The position numbers were made by a program, and so were the translations under genes. Positions 1 to 7,670 of a stretch of DNA of 64,000 nt are shown in pieces. The notes beneath the pieces were generated by a model that saw only the letters and a program-made list of their open reading frames with translations, ran no database searches and had not been told where the DNA came from. Position 1 is the first letter of the stretch, and each line of letters opens with the position of its first letter. The stretch is from the NCBI GenBank assembly GCA_002314675.1, contig DCGZ01000157.1, forward strand, positions 177 to 64,176, written 5' to 3'. The DNA is from Fibrobacter sp. UBA1765. GTDB lineage: Bacteria; Fibrobacterota; Fibrobacteria; Fibrobacterales; Fibrobacteraceae.

Positions 1-15
1 CCGACAAACAAGACA

Positions 16-405
16 ATGAGCTTTAGAAATGACATTTTTACGCTTACTAGAAAGAAATGGCTTGCAGTCCTAGAAAGCAGAGGGGCTCGAGAAAATGTCG
101 CTGCCGAGGTTCGCTGCATAGATCATGGCGAACTGCTTGAAGATGGTAAGCTGCCGGATTATGGAATTCCGGGGAAGGTTACCACATGCTGTGGCATGTT
201 TCACTTGACTGCCGATATGACTAAGGAAATTTTGCAGCGGTCTCTTGTGAATGCCGACTTAAAAAAAGAAGGCAAGCACCATTTTGCATTTATCCGTGCG
301 CTTGATGGCCTTATTAACAAACTTACAGGGAATGTAGAACCTGAAGAAGATCCGATAGAAGCGATCCAATACGAGCTTCACTTTAAGCATGTCTTGGAAA
401 AGTAA
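16..405 (+). CDS. hypothetical protein (129 aa)
   Basis: Complete ORF with a 3-nt gap to the next co-directional ORF. No motif recognised. Confidence 0.45.
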   Translation: MSFRNDIFTLTRKKWLAVLESRGARENVAAEVRCIDHGELLEDGKLPDYGIPGKVTTCCGMFHLTADMTKEILQRSLVNADLKKEGKHHFAFIRALDGLINKLTGNVEPEEDPIEAIQYELHFKHVLEK

Positions 406-408
406 AGC

Positions 409-1137
409 ATGAAAAGACTTTTTAATGTTCTTGCTGTTTTAAGCGTAATAGCGGTTCTTGTATACTGGCTTGTTCCGGAACGCTATTTTCTTGATAGGGT
501 CTACCCGCTAGAAGAACCCACGGTTCTCGCTGTTTACGACGACCGTGCTGATGGCGGTGCTTCAGATGCCATGCTTTCGATGGTTGATTCTACAATCCAG
601 TTCTCCTGTAAATTGCATACTGGCGATGCTCCTGCATGGTGCGGCCTTTTGTGGAACTTTGCCCCGGATTCTGCTGCACAATACCGCAACTGGATGCTTG
701 TCGATTCTATCGTGTTTAATATTGAAGTCAATGGTACCGATGAATTCTTAATGAAACTCTGGACGTTTGATCCGGATGTAACCGATGAAAAGAACAAATT
801 CAGCTTTAGGCCGTTGATCAAGGAAGTGAAGGTTGTTGAAGGCCCACAGCGGGTCGTTATCCCAGTGTCTGAACTTTATGTTCCGGAGTTCTGGTTTAAG
901 GATCAAAAGGTTAGTAAGGACCTGGAGTTGAAGCACCAGGAAAGTGTAGCCCGTTTCGAAATCACAGCCGGCTGGAACGCAAAGCGTGGCAAGCCCTTTA
1001 CAATCAAGATTCATTCCATCGAGGGCAAGGGCGTGAGCAGTTTTGCCCTTGGCATAATGATTTTCTTCTTCTTTGCAATAATTACCATTGCCGTAGGCTT
1101 TAGACACAAGGTGGTTGAACGTGATCGTAAAAAGTAA
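409..1137 (+). CDS. bitopic membrane protein with beta-sandwich-like ectodomain (paralog A)
   Basis: N-terminal hydrophobic helix (LFNVLAVLSVIAVLVYWLV) and C-terminal helix (FALGIMIFFFFAIITIAVGF). Shares the block WTFD..VT...RP...V..PVSE..VPEFWF with the next ORF. Confidence 0.6.
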   Translation: MKRLFNVLAVLSVIAVLVYWLVPERYFLDRVYPLEEPTVLAVYDDRADGGASDAMLSMVDSTIQFSCKLHTGDAPAWCGLLWNFAPDSAAQYRNWMLVDSIVFNIEVNGTDEFLMKLWTFDPDVTDEKNKFSFRPLIKEVKVVEGPQRVVIPVSELYVPEFWFKDQKVSKDLELKHQESVARFEITAGWNAKRGKPFTIKIHSIEGKGVSSFALGIMIFFFFAIITIAVGFRHKVVERDRKK

Positions 1138-2014
1138 GGCTCCGTGGCAGGCGGCCTTTATTGTCGCATTTGTTTTAGGTTCGATTCTACTTGGTGTCTT
1201 GGCAGTATTTTTTTCTAGGCATTCTTTAAAAGTAGGTTCCTTTGAACATTTTGTAATTACGGATGCTCGAGAAAATGGTTATTCTGAAGCAGAGCTTTCG
1301 GGCGATGCTCCGTTCCATTTGAATTTCCGTTTGCGCTCAGGAGCTCCTTCTCCCTATGCCGGTGTCTCTTTTAGAATGCAAAGTGCCGAACAGGCTTTGA
1401 AAAATGAGTTCTTCGATTTCAGTAGTTATGACTCTTTGCGAATAAAGCTTAGTTCAGGCCGCATGCCCCGCATGACTCTTCGTATGGCGACTTTTGATTC
1501 GCGTGTTACAAGGCCGGAATTGCTTTACACAGCCCGCCCTGTGGAACGTATTGTGGAATCGGCAGGAGCAACACGCGAAGTTCGGGTAGCCCTTTCTGAA
1601 TTCAAAGTTTCTGAACGGTGGTTTTCGCAGATGGGCTTTGATTCGCCAGATCAGTACACTTTTTTAGACCATGGCATGCGTTTTGAAGTCTTGACCGCTC
1701 ATGGAGCTATGCTTGGCATTCCTGATGAACTTGAATTTGACGAAGTGGAATTTTATGGAACGAACCATGCTTTGCTAAGAGCATTGCTTGTTGCGTTTGC
1801 CGTTCTAGCCTTGCTCCTAGCGTCTTCCATGTTTGTGGTAGCAAGAAAGTTTATTACAACACTTGACGTTGAACACGCAAAGGCGGTTGCCGACTTGCAA
1901 AATCAAAAGGGATTGTCGCCAACTGAAATGGCTGTTCGTGCTGGGTTTAAAAACCTGAGCGAATGCAAGAGGATTTACAGGGAATTTTACAAGAAGGATT
2001 TCGGTAAAAGCTGA
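1115..2014 (+). CDS. bitopic membrane protein (paralog B) with short HTH-like C-terminal tail
   Basis: TM after the start (AAFIVAFVLGSILLGVLAVFF) and a second TM (ALLVAFAVLALLLASSMFVV). Has the paralogous block ATFDSRVT..RPVERIV...ALSEFKVSERWF. The tail LSPTEMAVRAGFKNLSECKRIYREFY looks like an AraC-type helix fragment. Start is uncertain (TTG 1115 or GTG 1121). Confidence 0.55.
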   Translation: MNVIVKSKAPWQAAFIVAFVLGSILLGVLAVFFSRHSLKVGSFEHFVITDARENGYSEAELSGDAPFHLNFRLRSGAPSPYAGVSFRMQSAEQALKNEFFDFSSYDSLRIKLSSGRMPRMTLRMATFDSRVTRPELLYTARPVERIVESAGATREVRVALSEFKVSERWFSQMGFDSPDQYTFLDHGMRFEVLTAHGAMLGIPDELEFDEVEFYGTNHALLRALLVAFAVLALLLASSMFVVARKFITTLDVEHAKAVADLQNQKGLSPTEMAVRAGFKNLSECKRIYREFYKKDFGKS

Positions 2015-3153
2015 TGACGAATCGCTGGAATGTAGACCGTATCATGCGCTTTTTCCTTGTGGCAGGCGCAGTTGCATTTTTGATTGTTCTGCTTAATTAT
2101 TTGAGCGGTGTGCTTGCGCCTTTTTTTGCCGCATTTATTATTGCCTACATATTCAATCCGTTTGTGAATCTTTTGCATAAAAAGTTTCATTCCAGAATTC
2201 TTGCGGTCATTACGGTAATCTTTTCTGGCATAGGGCTCGTTACCCTTGCCGGGTGGCTTTTTATACCTCGCCTTATTCGTGAAATACACTTGCTTGGTGT
2301 GTGGATTGCAAAATTCTTTACAGAAGCGGAATGGGGCCAAAAGGTTATGGAATTTATTCCAAAAGATTTGTGGTCGGCTGCAAAGCACATGGTCTCTTGG
2401 GATAAGCTTTCTGAAATGATGCGGACTATGGACTTTTGGAATGGGGTTCAAGTAGTAGCTTCAAAGGTGTTAAGCGGCTCTATAGGAGTACTCTCTGGAA
2501 CGGCAACATTGCTTTTTTGGCTTGTGAGTGTTGTCATGATTGTTATTTACATGGCTTTCATTATGCTTGACATGCCAAAGCTTAGAAAGGGTCTTGCAAA
2601 CCTTGTTCCTACGCGCTATCGGGAAAACATAGTAGCAATGGCCCATGAAATGGATCGCTTTATGGGCTCTTACTTTAGATCTCAGGCACTTGTAGCGCTT
2701 GTCGTTGGCCTGCTTTTTGCCATAGCGTTTATGATTTTTGGTCTTCCGATGGGCGTGATGTTTGGCGTATTTATCGGAGCCCTTAATATGGTGCCCTACT
2801 TGCAGTTGCTTAGCATTCCAGTTGCCCTGCTGCTTGGAATCATATATTCCATTGATTCCGGCATGCCTTTTTGGCAGGTAGCGTTAATCTTGACTGGCAT
2901 TTATGTGGTAATCCAGTTGCTTCAGGACCTGGTGCTTGTGCCAACGATTGTTGGTAAGACCATGAACTTGCCTCCTGTTGGAATTTTGCTTTCTCTTTCT
3001 GTGTGGGGTAAGCTTCTTGGCTTTCTCGGATTGATTGTCGCAATCCCCTTTACCTGCCTTTGCCTTGTGTATTTACAGCGAATCAGCAATAAAAATGATG
3101 AATTTTTAGCTCCATTGGTTGGGAATCCCGATAAAAACAAGGAAAAAAATTAA
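2014..3153 (+). CDS. AI-2E family transporter (PerM/UPF0118-like permease)
   Basis: About 8 predicted TM helices. Family-typical length and C-terminal GKLLGFLGLIVAIPF segment. ATGA start/stop overlap with the upstream ORF. Confidence 0.7.
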   Translation: MTNRWNVDRIMRFFLVAGAVAFLIVLLNYLSGVLAPFFAAFIIAYIFNPFVNLLHKKFHSRILAVITVIFSGIGLVTLAGWLFIPRLIREIHLLGVWIAKFFTEAEWGQKVMEFIPKDLWSAAKHMVSWDKLSEMMRTMDFWNGVQVVASKVLSGSIGVLSGTATLLFWLVSVVMIVIYMAFIMLDMPKLRKGLANLVPTRYRENIVAMAHEMDRFMGSYFRSQALVALVVGLLFAIAFMIFGLPMGVMFGVFIGALNMVPYLQLLSIPVALLLGIIYSIDSGMPFWQVALILTGIYVVIQLLQDLVLVPTIVGKTMNLPPVGILLSLSVWGKLLGFLGLIVAIPFTCLCLVYLQRISNKNDEFLAPLVGNPDKNKEKN

Positions 3154-3253
3154 TTGTACGAATTATTTTTCAAAAAAAAGCAATGTTTTTTTACCCAAAA
3201 GGCAAAAAAAAAGGTATAATAATAAGCAACATTGAAAAAACAAGGAGTTCACA

Positions 3254-3655
3254 ATGAACAAACAGGAATTGGTAGAAGCAGTACTTGCTAACCAGGACGC
3301 AAAATTTGAATCCAAGGCTGCCGCAGAACGCGCTGTAAAGGCTGTTCTCGACGCTCTTACCGCTGGTATCAAGGCTGGTGGTGTTCAGATTATCGGTTTC
3401 GGTAACTTCAACGTCAAGGAACGTGCTGCACGTACTGGCATCAATCCGCAGGATCCGACAAAGAAGATCAAGATTGCTGCTTCCAAGGCAATTTCCTTCA
3501 AGGCAAGCGCTCCTCTTAAGGCTGCCGTAAACGAAAAGAAGGCTGCAAAGAAGGCTGCTCCTGCAAAGGCAGCAAAGGCTGCTCCTAAGGCCGCTGCAAA
3601 GAAAGCTGCTCCTGCAAAGAAGGCTCCAGCTAAGAAGGCTGCAAAGAAGAAGTAA
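3254..3655 (+). CDS. hup: HU/IHF-family DNA-binding protein with Lys/Ala/Pro-rich C-terminal extension
   Basis: MNKQELVEAV...GFGNF.VKERAARTGINPQ..KKIKIAASKAISFKAS is the HU fold signature. It is followed by about 43 aa of AAKKAAPAKKA repeats. An AAGGAG RBS lies upstream. Confidence 0.9.
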   Translation: MNKQELVEAVLANQDAKFESKAAAERAVKAVLDALTAGIKAGGVQIIGFGNFNVKERAARTGINPQDPTKKIKIAASKAISFKASAPLKAAVNEKKAAKKAAPAKAAKAAPKAAAKKAAPAKKAPAKKAAKKK

Positions 3656-3677
3656 TTCTTTTTTAAAGACTTTAAAG

Positions 3678-3705
3678 TACCGCGCGAAAGCGCGGTATTT
3701 TTTTG
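3678..3705 (+). terminator. rho-independent terminator of the HU gene
   Basis: taccgcgc-gaaa-gcgcggta hairpin followed by a T run. Confidence 0.8.
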
Positions 3706-3745
3706 TTTATTCTTCTTTGTAGCCTTCTCGGGACGTATGTCACTT

Positions 3746-3780
3746 TTGAAAAAAAGTGGCGAGCTTTTAGCTCGCCACTT
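3746..3780 (-). terminator. rho-independent terminator of the glgA-like gene
   Basis: agtggcgagc-tttt-gctcgccact hairpin, with a T run on the minus strand. Confidence 0.75.
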
Positions 3781-3802
3781 TGCTTTAATAACAGATTAAG
3801 GC

Positions 3803-5035
3803 TTACTTGCGTGCACCTTCTGCGTTGTAGCGATCAATTGTCTTCTGGTAGAAATCGAAAGTCTGCTTTGCGATTGCCTTCCAGCTGAACACATCGACAG
3901 CGCGCTTGCGGCTGACTTCACCCATCTTCTTTGCAAGGGCCTCGTCACCAAGAATCTTGTTGAACTTGTTTGCAAAGTCGGTCTGGAAAGCCTTCGGGTC
4001 GGCTGGTTCAAAGTTCGTGTCAGAAACTGCCTTGAGCGGTACCAGGTAGCCAGTTTCGCCATCGACGATGATTTCTGGAATGCCACCAACCGCACTGCCG
4101 ACAACTGGGGTGCCGCAGCTCATGGCTTCAAGGTTGATTATGCCGAACGGTTCGTAGAGGGATGGAGTCGCAAAGACTGTAGCGTGGCTGTAGAGCACGC
4201 GGAGTTCTTCATGCGGAACTGCTTCCTGGATCCATACAACGCCGTCGCGAGTCTTTTGGACTTCTTCGATAAGGCTCTTGCACTCATCTGCAAGTTCAAT
4301 TGTATCCGGGGCGCCTGCGCAAAGAATTACCTGAGCCTTCGGGTCAATCTGTGGAATTGCCTGGATAAGCTGGCTGATGCCCTTTTGGCGTGTGATGCGA
4401 CCTACGAACAAAACGTATGGACGCTTTGGATCGACTCCCCACTTTTCAAGAATTTCTTCGTTGAATGTTGGCTTGTAGAAGTCTGGATCGATACCGTTGT
4501 AAATGACCTGAACGCGATCTTCTGGAACGCCATAAAGCTTCATTACGTCGCGCTTCATACCTTCGCTCACCGCGATAACGCCATCGGCGGCTTCGTAAGC
4601 GGTACGTTCAATCCAGCAACTCATGGCATAGCCACCGTTGCCGAGCTGTTCAGCCTTCCATGGACGATGTGGTTCCAGGGAGTGCGTCGTAAGAATCAAA
4701 GGCTTTTGCAAAAGCTTGCTGGCGAGAACGCCGCCGAAATGGCTGTACCATGTGTGGCAATGGAGAATGTCTACGCCTTCAAGGGTTGCTGCCCACTGCA
4801 AGTTGATGTCAAGTGGCTTGAAAATTTTCTGGAAGCGGTCGTCTTGCGGAGAAAGGCCAAGCTTGCGGCTAAAGCCGACTGCGTGAATGTTATTTTCGTT
4901 ATCATTCTGGGGGCCAAAGCAACGGGCTTCGATTTGACAAAGCTTGCTTAATTCCTGGGAAAGGAATTTTACGTGAATGCCTGCGCCACCATAGATTTCT
5001 GGCGGAAATTCGTTAGTAAGTATTGCTGCTTTCAT
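3803..5035 (-). CDS. glgA: GT4 glycosyltransferase, glycogen synthase-like (actinobacterial-type GlgA)
   Basis: Start MKAAILTNEFPPEIYGGAGIHV (family-typical N-terminus) at the ATG ending at 5035; the 448-aa track ORF extends upstream without support. GRITRQKG and E...G..NLEAMSCGTPVV GT-B motifs are present. Confidence 0.75.
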   Translation of the reverse strand: MKAAILTNEFPPEIYGGAGIHVKFLSQELSKLCQIEARCFGPQNDNENNIHAVGFSRKLGLSPQDDRFQKIFKPLDINLQWAATLEGVDILHCHTWYSHFGGVLASKLLQKPLILTTHSLEPHRPWKAEQLGNGGYAMSCWIERTAYEAADGVIAVSEGMKRDVMKLYGVPEDRVQVIYNGIDPDFYKPTFNEEILEKWGVDPKRPYVLFVGRITRQKGISQLIQAIPQIDPKAQVILCAGAPDTIELADECKSLIEEVQKTRDGVVWIQEAVPHEELRVLYSHATVFATPSLYEPFGIINLEAMSCGTPVVGSAVGGIPEIIVDGETGYLVPLKAVSDTNFEPADPKAFQTDFANKFNKILGDEALAKKMGEVSRKRAVDVFSWKAIAKQTFDFYQKTIDRYNAEGARK

Positions 5036-5133
5036 AGTACCCTTAAAATAGCTTAACATTTGTTTAAGTGATACAAGATTTTTTGAAAAAAATGGGTATT
5101 TGTCGAAAATTTGAAAAAATAATAAATAAGTAT

Positions 5134-5161
5134 TAAAAAAGCCCTCCAAAATGGAGAGCTA
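5134..5161 (-). terminator. terminator downstream of dsbD
   Basis: gctctcca-tttt-ggagggc hairpin plus a T run on the minus strand. Confidence 0.6.
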
Positions 5162-5181
5162 AGATTACGAAAGTGTCGCTT

Positions 5182-7068
5182 TTATTTGGCGCGTTCTACG
5201 GCCTCCTTGATGCTAGCCGTAGTAAGAATTTCTGAAAGGACTATTGGAGCCTTGTTTTTGTCATTTGAATAAACGGCATAGGCAGGAACGCCGCTTTTAC
5301 CAAGGCTTTTTAAAAGCTTTGTAACTTCTTCATCACCGTGAGTCCAGTCGGCCTTGACCTTTTGAACATTGCTATTCTTGAAGAATTCGTCAAGTTCGCT
5401 ATTTGCAAGCACCGCGGCCTCGTTAGCCTTGCAGGTAATGCACCAGTCTGCAGTTACATCCAGGAATACCATGGAACCTTTTTCCTGGATATCCTTCATC
5501 GCCTGTTCGGAATAGGCAATGTAGCCGTCTTCGATATGCGTTGCTGCTTGAAGCGTGCCTCCAAAGGAAACCTTTGCTAGAATGTTTAGAAGTATGATTG
5601 CAGTAAATGCGAGCAGCTCCTTTTTAAAGGAAATGCCTGGGGGTGCAAACTTTCCGATTGCAAATGCGCCGACAGTGTTCAAAATGAATATGCCGCCAAA
5701 GAATACAAGCCCAGAATTTGCGTAGGAGCGGTAGGCGACCCATAGCAGCCAGGCGACACTTGCAAGCAAAAGCACTCCCATGATCTTTTGCAAGGTGACC
5801 ATCCAGTTGCCTGGCTTTGGAAGGAATTTCAAGAGCTTTGGAAATAGCGACACGATTATGTAGGGGGAAGCTAGACCAAGGCCTGCCGCTGTAAAGAAGA
5901 GTATAAGAATCGGTGCAGTTTCGTTGAATGCAAAGCCCATTGCACTACCAAGCATTGGCGCTGAACAAGGTGTACTCAAAAGTACAAGAAGCGCTCCGGT
6001 AAAGAATGCTCCCGGTAGGCCTTCCTTGCGTGTTGCGCCATCCATTTGCGTGAGTGCCTGGCCCGGAAGCCAGACTTCGAAGATGCCAAAGAAGCTTAGA
6101 GCAAAAAGTGTAAGGATTGCAATCATGGCTAGCAAGAATCCACTGCTTTGGAATTGCATGCCCCAGCCAGGGTTTGCGCCACCAAGCCTAAGGACAATGA
6201 CGATGCCTGCGAGTACCCAGAATGATACGAGAATTCCAAGTACTGTAGAAAAACCAAGCGCCATAAGGCGAGGCTTGGATTCACCGGCTTGCCTTATCAG
6301 TGAAAAAAGTTTAAGCGAAAGTACGGGGAGCACGCACGGCATAAGGTTTAGAATGACTCCGCCAAGGAATGCAAGCAAGAGCATGAATGCGATGGATTCT
6401 GAACTCTTTTGTTCAGGCGCATTCTGCAGGACCTGTTCCTCTGCAGGTTTTGAATCTTGATCCTTAATTTTTTCAAGGCCCTCTATAGCAAAAACTTCTG
6501 CCTTGGAGCTTTCTGCGGCTGGGGCGTCATTAGCGGGGCCTTGAACTTCCGCCTCTTTTTGCCCCTTGAAAAAAGGGTCTAGCGTTACCATGACTGAATC
6601 TGGAGCAAGACAGATATTGCTGCATGCCTGGTAATAGAATGTCGCCTTCGTAGACAGGGTGTCGTAAGTACTTGTTACAGGTTTTGCCGGCAATTTTACT
6701 TGGAACGTGCCCTCGAAGATCTTGTTTACAAAGTCAAGGGCTTCACTATACTGTTCCTTTGGAACAGGCCAGATAGGCTCTCCAAATTCTATGCCGTTTG
6801 CTTCGATCTTTATGCTTGAGGGTTTTAAAAATTCATCTGCCGCTACATTTGCATTGACATGCCATTTTTCTGGAATAGTGATAGTTGCCGTAATATAGCT
6901 GTTGTCACCTAGAGCGCCTTCAGAATAGTTTAAACGCATTTGCGGGTCTGGCATCCCATTTAGTTCTACAACTTCGGCACATGCAAAAGTTGCACAGATA
7001 AGCATTGCCGTTTGCAACTTGGATGTTGCAAAATTTTTCAACACCTTTTCAAAAATTTTAAAATTCAT
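5182..7068 (-). CDS. dsbD: thiol:disulfide interchange protein DsbD (protein-disulfide reductase)
   Basis: N-terminal DsbD-alpha-like domain with C..IC. Central multi-TM domain with the CVLPVL motif. C-terminal thioredoxin domain with WCITC (CxxC). Confidence 0.85.
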   Translation of the reverse strand: MNFKIFEKVLKNFATSKLQTAMLICATFACAEVVELNGMPDPQMRLNYSEGALGDNSYITATITIPEKWHVNANVAADEFLKPSSIKIEANGIEFGEPIWPVPKEQYSEALDFVNKIFEGTFQVKLPAKPVTSTYDTLSTKATFYYQACSNICLAPDSVMVTLDPFFKGQKEAEVQGPANDAPAAESSKAEVFAIEGLEKIKDQDSKPAEEQVLQNAPEQKSSESIAFMLLLAFLGGVILNLMPCVLPVLSLKLFSLIRQAGESKPRLMALGFSTVLGILVSFWVLAGIVIVLRLGGANPGWGMQFQSSGFLLAMIAILTLFALSFFGIFEVWLPGQALTQMDGATRKEGLPGAFFTGALLVLLSTPCSAPMLGSAMGFAFNETAPILILFFTAAGLGLASPYIIVSLFPKLLKFLPKPGNWMVTLQKIMGVLLLASVAWLLWVAYRSYANSGLVFFGGIFILNTVGAFAIGKFAPPGISFKKELLAFTAIILLNILAKVSFGGTLQAATHIEDGYIAYSEQAMKDIQEKGSMVFLDVTADWCITCKANEAAVLANSELDEFFKNSNVQKVKADWTHGDEEVTKLLKSLGKSGVPAYAVYSNDKNKAPIVLSEILTTASIKEAVERAK

Positions 7069-7108
7069 AATTTTTACTCCGCTTAGTACGAATCTTTTTG
7101 AGGGAAAA

Positions 7109-7651
7109 ATGGGTCGACATCGTTCTACTCAATGTTTCGTGCTGCAATCTAGGGAATTCGAATTGTGGGCTCGATATTCCAGGTATATATACAAGCTTTG
7201 CCTTCGAAAATGCAGGGATTTTGAGAAGGCTCAAGATTTTTACCAGGAAATATACATAAAGTACCATTTGCACGCTGCAAATGTAGCTAATCATTCAAAA
7301 CCAGGCTTGTGGTTTAAACGAGTTGTGGAGAATGCATGGAACTCCAAGCTACGGGAACAGCTTCATGGTTTTTCCATAGTGTCTTGGGAGTGTCATGAAG
7401 ATACGGCCGCGTACAACCTGGTTGACGATAGCGACAATGAAGATTCTTTAAACCCATTTTTGAATTTCATAGAAACCTGCGAATTGCTAAATTCCTTGGA
7501 AAGGATGCTTTTTGAGTACCTGTATATAGGTTTTTCGCTTAAGGAATTGTCTGAAATTTTAGGATTATCAGTTCGTTCGCTTCGAAAAAAGTTTCGCAAG
7601 GCTGCAGAACGGCTTGAATCTGCAGGGCTTCTAAACAAAATTCTTCCGTAG
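7109..7651 (+). CDS. divergent sigma-70-family (ECF-like) factor
   Basis: Region-4-like HTH LSLKELSEILGLSVRSLRKKFRKAAERL and a weak region 2. First ATG is at 7109; the track ORF starts earlier and overlaps dsbD. Confidence 0.55.
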   Translation: MGRHRSTQCFVLQSREFELWARYSRYIYKLCLRKCRDFEKAQDFYQEIYIKYHLHAANVANHSKPGLWFKRVVENAWNSKLREQLHGFSIVSWECHEDTAAYNLVDDSDNEDSLNPFLNFIETCELLNSLERMLFEYLYIGFSLKELSEILGLSVRSLRKKFRKAAERLESAGLLNKILP

Positions 7652-7670
7652 ATTTCGTACATTTACAATC

